Both the position numbers and the translations under genes were made by a program. Below the pieces are notes generated by a model that was not told where the DNA came from, searched no databases, and saw only the letters and a program-made list of their open reading frames with translations. From Malacoraja senta (taxonomy: Eukaryota), in the NCBI GenBank assembly GCA_038087875.1, contig CM075996.1, forward strand, positions 4,464,001 through 4,528,000: 64,000 bases of DNA, read 5' to 3'. Positions within the stretch are counted from its first letter, which is position 1. The number at the start of each line of letters is the position of its first letter. Shown here piece after piece: positions 48,501 through 59,857 of the stretch.

Positions 48501-51500
48501 GTGCAGTCACACCATCTATTCTCCTCATGATTTTATGCACCTCTATCACATCACCCCTCAGCCTCCTGCACTCAAAGGAATAAAGTCTTAGCCTGCGCAA
48601 CCTTTACCTGTAATTTAGGCCCTTGGATCCTAGTTACAATCTCATAAATTTTCTCTGCACACTATCCGGCTTAATGACATCCTTCCTGTAGCAAGGTGAC
48701 CAAAACTGAACAAAATACTCCAAAGATATCATGATACTAAGATTTTTATTTTTTTAATTATGATCCTGCCTACCGCATTTGCATTCTGCTCCTGATGTTA
48801 ACGGAATCGTGTGGAAAGGCTTGACTGGAAGTTCACATTATAACTGCTAAAGCACCCACTTTCTCCTTCCTCTCCGCAGCGCCTCCCTCTCCCCCTCCTA
48901 CCAGCTGAGTGCCATTCAAATGTAAAATATAAAGCATTCCCCAATGGCTCAGTAAGTTTCTTGAGAATGTAGCCGAGACAAATAGACTGGTAAATTTCTG
49001 GGTTCGATCCTTGTGCATTGTTCACTTCAATGACCAGTGGATGAAGGAGGCAGAAGCTGAACAGAGTTATAGCTAAACAGCTATCGACGGTGGATGGAGA
49101 TGTGTGATGTTGGATGTGAACACAAGCTAGCTTGAGTGTGATGCTCTCTGCAGTCACCCACTTTGGTAGCGTTGTTTAGATTTTCAAGTGACGGGCATTC
49201 TTGAAAAAGGGAGTCTACACTTTAGGGAATGGAATTTGTGAAATAGAGGGAAACGGGTTTAATATTTAAACATTCACCTAGCTATCACTAATTTCCCCCC
49301 TGTTTACAGAAAATATAGCAGTTGTATCTAATTTACAATTCCGCCACCAGGAGCTGAACAGAACATGTCGTGCAATGCAACAGAGGATCCTGGATCTCAT
49401 CTCCAGAGTGACCAGCGAGCAAGTGACAGAGGACCTGTTGCATGTCAATGACAATCTCAATAACATATTCCTTCGATATGACAGGTACCTTGCATTACAC
49501 CTTTTCAGCTATATTGAGTGGCTCTGCACCTTTTGCTATTTTGGTCACAAAGTGCTTTCTATAAAGCCAACCTTTGAAGTCCTTGTTCAATAGTACTTTA
49601 TTGTCACTTGTACCTAGGTACAGTAAAGTTCCCTTTTTCCACACAGTTCAGCACCAATCTTCCTACACAAAGGCACATTCACACTTAAGTACAAGAGTGT
49701 AAGAATAATAGATTACACTGAGATTGTACATGAGTTGCCACGTTTCCGGCACCACCTTGTATCCTGGATGCTGGAAATGTCTGGTCAATTAGTGTGCACG
49801 AGCCTCTATATTGTAACGTTCCCCAGATAGTCATCTTATTTTCCATGTTGGTTGATGGTTGAGGACTGGAGTGGGCAGAGGTCTGGAGAGATGCCTTTTT
49901 TTTCCTTCATGTCACTACAGGACCTTGAGTATGAACTGGAGGAGGCAGTGGGCCCGTGATTTAATATCTCATTTGAAATATGTCGCTGCACTACATCAGC
50001 GAGACATTGGAATGCATGTCTAGATTGTGTGCTCTTATAGGGCTAGAACCCACAGCTTCTGAGGCAACCAGTTCAAATGTTCTATTGATCTTGGTGGTAT
50101 TTTCATCAGCCAGAATATATTGATTACACTGGCATCATAACTAAACCATTCTAATTATTTGGAGCAAGTAGAATACTCAGAGTAGTGAAGAGCACTGAAG
50201 ATCGAGGAAGGGGCGTTATCTCCCCGCTACCTTCAGGTAGAAGGTACAGGAGCCTGAAGACTGCAACGACCAGGTTCAGGAATAGCTACTTCCCCACAGC
50301 CATCAGGCTATTAACCTCAGCTTGGACAAAACTCTGAACATTAATAGCACATAATCTGTTTATTTGCACTTTATCAGTTTATTTATTCATGTGTGTATAT
50401 ATTTATACAATGGTATATGGACACACTGATCTGTTCTGTATTCGTGCCTACTATGTTCTGTTGTGCTAAAGCAAAGCAAGAATTTCATTGTCCTATGAGG
50501 GACACATGACAATAAACTCTCTTGAGTGGTCTGTTCGAGGAAATGTGCTTCCACTGATAAGCAAGTCAGTAAATTACAGATTCACTATATGAACAAGGGA
50601 ACCAGTGACAGTATGGGATAGATTTAATGCTATAAAAGGCTACTTAAGAGGGATGGAAACAGATGTCTTGTTTTCCTGGCAAAAGAAAAGTATGGCCATG
50701 CCAATAGAGCAAGGGTGTGGGGGTAATTACGGTTCTTCAAAGAGTAAAGGTAGATGAGGTGTACCATTTTGGTCTATGTTAATGTTAGTGCCCGAAACGT
50801 CCTCCATGTGAAGCCCCTTGTGTATATGGGAGAATCACTAACTCACTCCTAGGCCGTTCCTCTTTGGGCTTAAAATGGTGTCTCCTGCTCCCCTTACAAA
50901 TAATTAAGATGAATCTGAAAATGTTCTCTTTCCTTGAATCCCATTAACTAAATTTAATTATGAAGTCTACTGTTTTCTCAAAATATATGGCCATGAATTC
51001 TGGAAGAACTTTGTGCTGGCTTGTGCATGTTAATTAACTGCACATTTCCTGCAATAAGGACTCCAAGATGTTACAAAGTTATAAAGATGGTAAATTCTCA
51101 ACTTTTCTCACTGAACTGATGACCTGCAGAGGTAAATTATTTGGTCCATTTTAACAAAGCACTGAAATGAGATTTTTTTCTTCCTGTGCACCATTCCTGT
51201 GAATTATTTATTTGCCGGTTCGTACCTAACGTCCACTTCATGGATTCGACCTTTCCTATTTTCAGGTTTGAGAGATTCAGAACTGGACAGAATACTGCCA
51301 ACCGAGTGAGTATCATTCAAGTGATTTACTCTTACAGGCTGAGTCACTGCAATATTGAGCCGGTACCACGGGTAACTTAGTCTGAAGGCAGATAATGTTG
51401 TCTGTCGTTTGATGTACAATCGTGTGAATTTAGCAGGAGACGCAAGGGACTGCAGATGCTAGCATCTGGAGCAAAACACCAAATGATAGAGGAAATCAGC

Positions 51501-54500
51501 AGGTCAGGCAGCATCTGTAGAGAGAATGGACAGGCACCGTGACCTGAAATGTTGCCTGTCCATTCCCTCCACAAATGATGCCCGACCCGCTGAGTTCCTA
51601 TAGCACTTTGACCTCTTTCTAAATTAAAAATGCAATCAGACTACGAAGTGTCCTGCCTTTCCCATCTATCCGTTGTTGAGCAAGTATTTAACTACCTCGG
51701 CTTAAAACAAATATTCAAAGACTCTGCTTCTTTGCGGATGAAGTTCTGAAGACTGAATATTCTTTAACAAATTTGTTATGGGCGATTTACTTTCATATTC
51801 TCGCATATGTTGAAATAGCCACTCCACCTCTTGACATTCCTTTTGTATGCTTCAGTCAAAACAGATCTGTTATGTGTGATGTAGTACTTTGGGAATCTGA
51901 TTTCGTGTGGGAGGTGAGGAGAATTTATTGTTTTAAGTTAAGATTTTGAATGCACTGCCTTAGAGAGCAACCAAAGCAGCAATAATAATTTGACAAAACA
52001 AATTAGATAAGCGATTTATGACGTCTGCAAGGACCTCGCTTGCTTCCATTTCGGACTGTAGATTGCAACTTCCCATCTGACAGCCTCCAGCATTTCTTGT
52101 TTGATTTCTTTGATTCCATATATTTGAAGCCACAAGTGGCTGCAGATGCTGGAATCTTGAGCAAACAAAGTTCTGAAGGGGCTCAGCAGGCCAGGCATTC
52201 TACGTGGAGGGAAATGGGCAGACACCTTTTTGGGTCGGGACCCTTCTTCAGTCCAAAGAAAGGTCGCGATCTGAAAGATCGTGCATCCATTTCCCTCCAC
52301 AGATGCTGCCTGGCCTGCTGAGTTCCTCCAGTCCATATACTTGATCTTAATTGCTTTCAGAAATTGGTTTGTTTGCAAAGTTTCTTTTGTTTTTTTTAAG
52401 TTGGATTAAACGTCTGGTATGTATTAAATTAATTGACTGTTATTTTTCTCTCTCAAGGTGCCCAGTGATTCAGAGAGTGCGGACAATTTAATAAACCTTA
52501 CACCAAATTCTCCTGCTGTTGTCACTCCAGTTACTTCCTCTAATATCTCGACACAGATGGCGGGACTTAGTAAGTGATGGCTATGGTTGATTCTTATTAG
52601 TTGGAATGAGGGTCAAAATTGCATTCCTCTTCCACTCCTGGAGCTGCCGTATACAGTATAGATTGCAAGTCCGCTCACTCCGCCTTGGCCTATACAATCT
52701 CCAGGTTGCCAAACATTTTAACTCCCCTTCCCACACTGACCTTTCTGTCCTGGGCCTCCTCCATTGAGGCCACACACAAACTGGAGGAACAGCACCTCGT
52801 ATTTCGCTTGGGCAGCTTACAACCCAGTGGAATGAACGTTGATTTCTCCAATTTCAAGTCGCCCTGCATTCCCTCTCTCCCCACCCCTCCCCCACCCTAA
52901 TCATCCTACTAGTTCCACTGTCCGCATCCCTGTATCCCTGCGTTATCACCTCATTTGCCAGCTAACAATGGGCCATTCTGAACCCCTCCCTTCCTTGGTC
53001 ATCTGTTGCCGCCCCTCTGTTTTCTGGCCATTTTCTACCTCTAGTTCCTCCTCCTCTTCCCCTCCCCCACTTTCTGTCTAAAAAAAGGGATCCAACCCAA
53101 GACTTCACCCATCCTTTTTCTCCATAGATGCGGCCTGACCCGCTAAGTTACTCCAGCACTTTGAGTCTATTCTCAGATTGCAGCGGCCATTTACTGCATT
53201 ATATAAGTGACCATTCTCATGAGCCACTCTGGTACCTGTGATAACAATTGCAGTCGACCCTAATCCTCTTATGGTGCTGTTCCCTGATGGGGGCAAAGTT
53301 GTTTGAAATATGCTTATAGTTCCCTATAAGAATTATTTAATCTACTACTTTTCTGATGATGGAATTAAACAAACTCTGGGTGATAAAGTTTCTCCTGCTT
53401 ATAGATGGGGACAATTTTAATGATTTTGCATGGGAAGCATCTGTTTCAAAGTTAGTAAAACCTACAATGCATTGCTCAACATCAGATGGTTTTGAGTGAC
53501 TGCAAAGTGGCCTCTGAAATCCCAAAGTCAAGAGACGAGACAAGACAAGAGACATTTATTGTCACATGCACCAATTGGTACAGTGACATTTGTGGTCACC
53601 ATACAGCCATACAAATAAAATAGCCTATAAAGTAACCTATTCAGACCAGCCTTGCGGCCAACTCTTGACTAGAAAGTATCTCAAATCAAAATGTACAACT
53701 CACTGAAATCACAAGATATGACTGTGAAGAGGTTGAGCCATAAATTCACTTTCACCTCCACTATTCACTGTTACATGTCACCTCCAACAAAGTTGCTGCA
53801 GGAGTGGAGCGAATCTTCAGAATTAATGGTAAATTGTTCAATCTACAGCGACTACGCTGTTGGGACAGGGTCACCACAATCTCAGTAGTTGAGGTGCAGA
53901 GAGTAGATGATGTTTGCTTTGTCTGAGATGTTTTATGCTGGCTGTTAGTATGTGTGTATGCTCAGGTGTTACAGGAGAAAGTGGGAGTGGAAGCGTGCAG
54001 CCATTGGAAAACAGCCACCCAAAAACCCCGGAAGAAGAGTTTGACATGTTTGCACAGACTAGAAGCCATTCCTTGGCTGATCAGCGCAAGAGGTAAGTTA
54101 TTACTGAATTGCAAGTTCAATATTTCTCTTAACTTTTTGTTCCTGCCCAATGCAACAAAAGTAAAGTCTAAAATGGAACGTATACTTCTTCTTCTTGCGT
54201 ATGGCGTGCACAGCCTAAAGTTGTAAGACAACTTGTTCTATTTGATCTTCTGTTTGTGCACGCCAGGTTGATTGCATTCGTTGAAACAGGGTGGATCACG
54301 TGAAGGTTGCAATCTCCCACCCCGAACGTATACTGTAACTACTTGGGTACCTGAATGAGTGGGGGAAAACATAGATATTTTGGACAATTCTCATTTGGAA
54401 GCCATTCCCGAGAATTAGAGGACTGATACCTGAAGGAAAACTGGGAAAGTCTTGATATCCAGTTCAGGAAGGGGTCACTGAAATAATAAACGAAAAATGT

Positions 54501-57500
54501 AAAAAGAATGTCACCATTTCAACTAATGTGCTATTATTATAATCTGTGTTTGTAAAGGGCCTGCCCCACTCACGCTATTTTTTTCGGCAACTTGCCGGCA
54601 CCCATCATAGTTGCAGCAGGTCGCCGAAAAGAGAGTTTCAGTCTTTTGGGACTTAGAAAGCTGAAAGCACAGCCTCCAGTGATGGCCAGATTTTAACTAC
54701 TATGTTTCTTTAGAACCGAGAAAGAAGCTATTCTGCCCATTGGAATGTAAATTTACTCCCAAAACAATCCCATTTTCCCTGTCGTCTATCCTCGCCACGA
54801 TCCCATCAAATCTACTTCCACCTGCATGAGGAGCAAGCTTATATTTTTCAACAGTGGCCTTTAAGCTTCCAAACTGCAGACTTTTGGCACATGGTAGGGA
54901 ACCAGTGACAGGGAAATGCACAAACTCCACAGAAGGTCAAACTCCAGGTTACTGGAGCTGTGGAGTGGGAGCTCTACTAGCTCATTGCAGAAGAACCCAG
55001 AATTGAGGGTCAATTGCACTGTGGATTGTATGTTAGGTGAGTTTATAGAGGTGGGGTAGGGGTTTGGGAATCTATGGAGAGGTCAGAAGAATAGTGTTTG
55101 ACATGTGGGGAATTGTAACACTGGGGGATGTTTCAGAGAGAGGGAGGTATTAGATGGGATGTCTGTTGCCTTGGGTTTTTGAGGTGATTCTGGAGTGATG
55201 AGATAGAGATGAAATTGCAGAATGATATTTTGGTGCAGAATAGAATGCAGTCAACAGGAGACAATGCCAATGGAGTGATAAGGGTTTGGATGAGAGCAGC
55301 TGCAGTATGGGCAAAGGTTCAACTTGTAAGCAGGCAAGGCTCAGACTGCACTCTGAAAGATCTTCAGGAATGAAGGGTTGGATAGTATTCAGCCTGTGGC
55401 CCTGGTTAGAACTGTTGGCCAGCACTCATGACCACATGAATGTCAGCAACAAGCTGGAGGATAAATTCCAGCACGTCTCACCTATTCTGGTGTCGTGACT
55501 GTGTCAAGGCATGGAGCACAAATGTCCCAAGCCTAATTTACGCTTGAGGAACTGAACAGACTCACAAAACTGGGCGCTTTGTACAACTGCAACGTGACAC
55601 ATCCCAACTACCTCATCATTCTACCACAACCAGAGAGAAGTGTTGAACTACTATCTACCTCTTTGGTGACCCTTGATACTATCCTTGATCAGACTTTGCT
55701 GGCTTCACCTTGCACCTAACGTTATTCCCTTATCATGTATCTGTAGACTGTAAGTGGCTTGATTGTAATCATGTATTGCCTTTCTGCTGACTGGATAGCA
55801 TGCGACAGAAGCTTTTCACTGATAATGAACTAAACTAAACTGAACCGATCTCTTACGCTCAATCCCTCACCTTGTGAAGGCAAGCATATCAAAAGTCCTT
55901 TTCACCACTCTATCCGGCCACTTTCAGGGAACTATAGAATTGTACTCCCAAGTCCCGCTGAACATCAAAACTCCAAGAGTCACTGTCGATACTCTATATG
56001 TTCTGCAGGAATTTGACCTCCCAAAGTGCGTAACCTCAGAATTTGGCACGTTTCCCCACTTTCACGTGCATTTATATCCTGTCAATGGAAGAGTAATTTA
56101 CAAGGTTTGTTTTAATTGATGCTCGTGACGACACCATTGCTTTGAAAATATTATTTTCTATCATTTTGTACTTCCCATTCTGATATCCAGAGTGCTTTCC
56201 CAAGGTCCAAAAATTGTTGACTAAGTTAGTGTTGAGCAATGATTCTGCATCTGTCGTGAAGCAGATCTTATCAGCTTGACGAGACCAGGCTAGAATTTCC
56301 ACTGAATAAGCACATTCATGAAACCCTCGCTGTGGGGCACTTTGGTTGAGTTATGGACATGCAATTCAACCCAGCTCGGCCCTTGCTGTCTGTGCAACCT
56401 GGTCATATTCTTCACGTTGGTACAAGATTGGTCGTTGTAATCTAAGCAGGGCCGTAGTACAACAATGAAGGGTATGATGACCTCTAAGCTGGATCATTGG
56501 GTGTGACTTAATTTCCACTGTCAGTGTCAGATGGCGGCTGAGTCATTTTACAACATTGCAAGTTTAATGAAGGAGTATGTGTGTCAGAATTGCAATGAGA
56601 TAGAAATCATTCCTTCCCCTCTCCCTGTATGTGGAAAATCATCAAAGTAGTGGAACAGGCCCAAGAAAACAAATGAGGCAACTACACCACAATTATAAAC
56701 TAGTGCAAACGTTGTCAAATTTGATGCCACCAACGAATTCTAGCATATTTTTAAAAAAAGGAAACATTATCATTTTTCTGGCATGATTTTGTCTTCAATA
56801 TCTGGTGTTTTTAAAATATAAACCTTTTTGCTTTGCACTTTGATTTTGTTTGTAACAACTAGGGTGAAATAATTTTTTTTATGTTGATCTGAGTAAATGT
56901 GAATGGGGGGGCAGAAGCAGGACATTTCCTCAATCTATTTTCTATTCCATTATGATATAAATTACTTGGTAGAGGCCTCAAATACCAGAGGGACAAAATA
57001 TGCTATGTTTCCCGTTTTGTAAGAATTGCCAGATTCTAGGGGTCTTTTCTGATCCGCATGGCTTGTTTCCATGTCATTAATTTTTGTCATTTAAGCAGTG
57101 ACTATTCACAATTAACCAGATAAGAAGGTGGCTTAAAATCAAGCTACGACACAACAGCTGCTGGCTAAGGATCTTCTGTTAGTTCATAGTGCTGCCATTA
57201 GAGAATTTGTGTTGGTGGCCAAGAATCTGGCCCTGAAGAAGTTATCGTCATCAAACGTCCTGTTTGGTTTAGTTTAAAGATACAGCATGGAATAGGCCCT
57301 TCGGTCCGCCGACCATCCATTCACAATAGTTGTATGTTATGTCACTTACTCATCCACCCCCTCTACACATTTGGAGCAATTTTACTGAGGCCAATTAACT
57401 TACAAACCACCATGTCTTTGGGATGTGGAAGGAAACCGGTGGACCTAGGCGAATTCCACATGGTCACAGGGCGAATGGGAAAATTCCACACAGACAGCAC

Positions 57501-59692
57501 CCAAGGTCAGGATTGAACCCGGGTCACTAGCGTGTGAGCCAGCTGCATCACTGTGCCACCCTTTGGCTTGGAGCCCTCTAGTAAAGATGAAGACACAATC
57601 CAAAGTAATCAGAAGCTACGTGATTACATTTGTTCATATTTAGTGTGAGAGGAAACCTAAAAAATCTGGAACAGCATAAAATGTCATGACAAACTTCAAA
57701 TTGGAGAGCAGCTGTTCAGGGGTAATACTGAGCATTGTTTTGTTCAGAGCTGTGAACATTAAAGGGCCTGTCCCACTTGGGCGCCATTTGCGAGTAATTT
57801 ACGCGGCATCATTTACGCGTCACGATGCATGGCGCGTGGTGAGGCATGGAGGCGTAGGCAGTCATGCGCGGCTCCCCAGGATTTTGTGATTCACAAAATC
57901 TTCGCCCATCATCTGCATGACGCCCAAGTGAGACAGGCCCTTAAGACTCTTCTCTACCCCCCCATCGTTATATCCAAATTGCTTAAAAGGGATGAGATAT
58001 GCACTAATGCTTGGGATTGTGTGTTGACCTTCTAACTCTGCCTTTCTCTGCAATATTCCTGAGCTACGAGAGACTGCTCTTTGCTTATGCTTCTCTAGCT
58101 ATTCTATTCTTTCCAATATGCTTGAGTGAGTAATTTAGGACAAGATGTCCATGCTGGTAGTTCAAGGTATGACTAAGGAAAGTGTGTCTTGCATGTCATT
58201 TGTTGTGTCCAGATCTTGACTGCTCTCAGTTAGATTTGAGAGATTCCTTGGCTTTACATGGCTGTCCTACTGTCCTTCGCAACACTTGCACCTTAAGAAT
58301 GATTCACAAAAGAAGAAATTGCACTGTTGTGAATATAAATGTAATCCCACACTAAACAGTAGCAGCAGATGAAGCAGTTTAAGTGTCCACATTAATTATC
58401 TGGAGACGTCATTTTCAAACAAGTTGCAAGTTCTCTGAATTTAATCTGTGTACACACGTTGGGACTATTTTCAGATGCATTCTATTTTTACTTCAAGCCC
58501 CTTCTGAGAAAGTTGTTCTTTGGTTTGCATAGTAGTGGTTAGTCGTTAGCTTCTGAGATGGACTTGAAACACTTGAAGCCCTTCTTACCATTTTTCCTCA
58601 TCAGTTTACTGGTTGTTGTACTTTACTTTATCATTGAGGCTATTGTTCACAGTGGGCCATTCACTGACCCACATTTTTTTGAAAAGTTTGACCGCAAATT
58701 AGGCAAAGCAACTTATTTCAACTCGACTGGGATGAGCTGAATGCATTTGATTGGGACATTTCTTCAAAAGCTTCTTTTGTAAAACCTGGCGCAATCTCTT
58801 CAAACTGCAGCAGTGGTTTTGATCTAAATCCAGGATTATTTCTGTTGCTTAATCAGGTGAGTCGGAAATGGTGGGAGATTGCAGAGCAGTGAGATATAGA
58901 GGATTTGGGTATCCGAGTGCATGATTTGCAAATGGCAGTGAGTAATTCGGAGAGCTGATAGAATGTTGTCAGTTGATTGCAAGGGGAATTAAATACTAAA
59001 GTATGGAGAATATGCTTCACTTCTTCAGACCATTGATATGTGGAGTGTTTGTTTCCTTATGGAAGAAAGTTAATACGGCTGAAACATTTCTGAAAAAGAT
59101 TGAAGTCTGAAGTCTGAAAAAAGTTCCTGACCCGAAAAGTTACCCATTCCTTCTCTCCAGAGATGCTGCCAGTCCCGCTGAGTTACTCCAGCATTTTGTG
59201 TCTACCTTCTGAAAAAGGTTGACTGGACTAATATCTGGAATGGATGGGTTGTCTTATGAAGAAAGGCTATCTGCTGGAGTTTAGAAGAACGTGGGGGACT
59301 TGATTGACACCAAGATCCTCAGAGGTCATGGCTGGGTGAATGTGAAGAAGATGTTTCTTCTTGTTGAAGAATCTGGAACTAGGAGTCACCCTTTTTGGAA
59401 GTGAATTTTGGAATCCGCCACAGTGGCGCAGCGGTAGAGTTGCAGAGATGAAGCTGTCGTTACAATGAGGTTAAGACAGCTTGTTGCTTACGAGCTCCTG
59501 ACCTTCTCTCTTCAGTGTAATCAATTGTGCATGTCAACTATTCCTTGCAGTCTTTGGGTGTGGAGTTTAAATATAGATGGGGCACTGGTAACAGGAGGAT
59601 GTCATCTCTGTTTCAGTGTAAAATATGAAGAACCGCAGGCAATTGAAGGATTGGCAGGAGCACTGGATACTCGCCAACAGAACACTGGAGCA
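20829..59692 (+). CDS. TOM1: Target of Myb1 membrane trafficking protein (VHS + GAT domains), 3'-partial; join(20829..20880,33056..33140,38087..38165,38296..38445,39770..39904,45033..45161,47920..48036,49351..49484,51266..51305,52458..52569,53966..54092,59617..59692)
   Basis: Twelve in-phase GT-AG exons, 1236 nt. VHS ([32 protein letters not shown]), GAT ([20 protein letters not shown]) and [10 protein letters not shown] motifs. Lies directly downstream of HMGXB4, as TOM1 does in human. Confidence 0.9.
21998..22230 (-). mobile_element. V-SINE fragment
   Basis: Tail plus V-domain. Confidence 0.75.
24160..24710 (+). mobile_element. Penelope-like element, reverse transcriptase relic
   Basis: ORF 24192..24404 [24 protein letters not shown]...[28 protein letters not shown] resembles the degenerate RYIDD region of a Penelope RT. 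Confidence 0.75.
24734..24857 (+). mobile_element. Penelope-derived short element
   Basis: TSD TTTTCCACTTGAC at 24721-24733 and 24858-24870. Confidence 0.8.
27766..27960 (-). mobile_element. Penelope pLTR fragment with intact minimal hammerhead core (27819-27846)
   Basis: Minus strand reads CTGAAGA A GGGT CTCG ACCC GAAAC GTC. Confidence 0.75.
30255..30932 (+). mobile_element. Rex1/Babar-clade LINE, 5'-truncated 3' end
   Basis: Open 163-aa frame FKFLG...KKAQQRMY...[17 protein letters not shown]...KNSFYP (post-RT C-terminus); (CTTA)n tail at ~30920-30932. Confidence 0.88.
31927..32210 (+). mobile_element. V-SINE (HE1-like)
   Basis: Head, V-domain and tatctctaaactgaac tail. Confidence 0.8.
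32457..32510 (+). ncRNA. Minimal HDV-like self-cleaving ribozyme (intact fold)
   Basis: P1 GGGGUGG/CCACCCU with G1-U wobble, P2 GAUUGCA/UGCAAUC, P3 ACC/GGU, L3 UUCACGU, J4/2 CGAA with putative catalytic C at 32500. Confidence 0.82.
32457..32595 (+). mobile_element. Short non-autonomous retroposon with HDV-like ribozyme head and (GAA)n tail, copy 1
   Basis: TSD TAAAATAAGAG at 32446-32456 and 32596-32606. Near-identical inverted copy at 54187-54323 has the same 5' end. Confidence 0.88.
33056..33140 (+). CDS. TOM1: TOM1 exon 2
   Basis: aatag| (E)[28 protein letters not shown] |gtgagt; 85 nt. Confidence 0.95.
33265..33680 (-). mobile_element. Rex1/Babar LINE 3' fragment
   Basis: ORF 33442..33675 [14 protein letters not shown]...[18 protein letters not shown]. 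Confidence 0.8.
35120..35708. mobile_element. Non-autonomous DNA transposon (hAT or P superfamily) with nested CR1 tail (~35222-35409)
   Basis: TIR CAAAGATCCTATAGC...GCTATAGGATCTTTG; 8-bp TSD CTCTCAAC at 35112-35119 and 35709-35716. Confidence 0.85.
36598..36701 (+). mobile_element. Penelope-derived short element with sense hammerhead motif
   Basis: CTGAAGA 36609-36615, GGGT-CTTG-ACCC, GAAACGTT; TSD TTCTTCATTTTC at 36586-36597 and 36702-36713. Confidence 0.75.
37238..37527. mobile_element. Cluster of Penelope-derived short elements including a fold-back
   Basis: Same family as 8199-8385. Confidence 0.75.
38087..38165 (+). CDS. TOM1: TOM1 exon 3
   Basis: cttag| [26 protein letters not shown] |gttggt; 79 nt. 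Confidence 0.93.
38296..38445 (+). CDS. TOM1: TOM1 exon 4
   Basis: aacag| [14 protein letters not shown]...[10 protein letters not shown] |gtacga; 150 nt. Confidence 0.95.
39770..39904 (+). CDS. TOM1: TOM1 exon 5
   Basis: tgcag| [45 protein letters not shown] |gtaagt; 135 nt. Confidence 0.95.
39921..40285 (-). mobile_element. Penelope-like pLTR
   Basis: Reverse complement of the ~2880-3200 family; its edge lies 16 nt after the TOM1 exon 5 donor. Confidence 0.8.
40354..40673. mobile_element. PIF/Harbinger-like MITE
   Basis: ~45-bp TIRs (CCCTGTCCCACGGTACGAGTTCATTCCAAGAGCTC...) flanked by TTA on both sides. Confidence 0.8.
41223..41485 (-). mobile_element. V-SINE
   Basis: Tail plus V-domain. 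Confidence 0.75.
42385..43160 (+). mobile_element. CR1 fragment interrupted by a Rex1/Babar 3' end (~42482-42903)
   Basis: CR1 sequence flanks an insert encoding [36 protein letters not shown] that ends in aataaactcacttgaatcttg. Confidence 0.8.
43410..43755 (-). mobile_element. V-SINE with nested Penelope-derived element (~43489-43588)
   Basis: Insert flanked by duplicated TTCTRTGTTATCTCA. Confidence 0.75.
45033..45161 (+). CDS. TOM1: TOM1 exon 6
   Basis: ttttcag| TTPEVDPA...ITPSLEQ |gtaaag; 129 nt. Confidence 0.9.
47920..48036 (+). CDS. TOM1: TOM1 exon 7 (GAT)
   Basis: ttgcag| [39 protein letters not shown] |gtgaaa; 117 nt. Confidence 0.95.
48280..48725 (-). mobile_element. CR1 LINE fragment
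   Basis: ORF 48397..48600 [15 protein letters not shown]...SRTRG. Confidence 0.85.
49351..49484 (+). CDS. TOM1: TOM1 exon 8 (GAT)
   Basis: accag| [45 protein letters not shown] |gtacct; 134 nt. Confidence 0.95.
50215..50525 (+). mobile_element. Rex1/Babar LINE 3' end
   Basis: Near-identical to ~42600-42903. Confidence 0.8.
51266..51305 (+). CDS. TOM1: TOM1 exon 9
   Basis: tttcag| [13 protein letters not shown] |gtgagt; 40 nt. Confidence 0.92.
52458..52569 (+). CDS. TOM1: TOM1 exon 10
   Basis: ctcaag| [37 protein letters not shown] |gtaagt; 112 nt. Confidence 0.9.
52660..53175 (+). mobile_element. Penelope-like element 3' end (GIY-YIG C-terminus + pLTR)
   Basis: [10 protein letters not shown]...[28 protein letters not shown], followed by the abundant short repeat. 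Confidence 0.85.
53966..54092 (+). CDS. TOM1: TOM1 exon 11
   Basis: ctcag| ...[21 protein letters not shown] |gtaagt; 127 nt. In-frame alternative acceptor at 53975. Confidence 0.9.
54187..54323 (-). mobile_element. Short retroposon with HDV-like ribozyme head, copy 2
   Basis: TSD GAACGTATACT at 54176-54186 and 54324-54334; reverse complement of copy 1. Confidence 0.88.
54270..54323 (-). ncRNA. HDV-like ribozyme, copy with a P3 mismatch
   Basis: GGGGUGG GA GAUUGCA ACC UUCACGU GAU CCACCCU GUUUCAA CGAA UGCAAUC; P3 3' strand GGU changed to GAU. Confidence 0.7.
57263..57562 (-). mobile_element. V-SINE
   Basis: Tail, V-domain and head. Confidence 0.8.
57763..57941. mobile_element. PIF/Harbinger-like MITE
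   Basis: TIR AGGGCCTGTCCCACTTGGGCG / CGCCCAAGTGAGACAGGCCCT; TAA TSD. Confidence 0.82.
59617..59692 (+). CDS. TOM1: TOM1 exon 12
   Basis: tttcag| [25 protein letters not shown] |gtgagt; 76 nt. Confidence 0.93.
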
Positions 59693-59857
59693 GTGAGTAT
59701 TTGCTTGGGCACATTTCTTGAACATGGTCATTCACATTTAACATGACTTTGCTTAACATGGGCTTTTTACTAATTTGTGGATTTGTTTGTGTTTTGTGAT
59801 TGACCTCCCAATGCAAGTTTACGATCAACACCAATGGGATATTTTCTTAAAAAGGAA

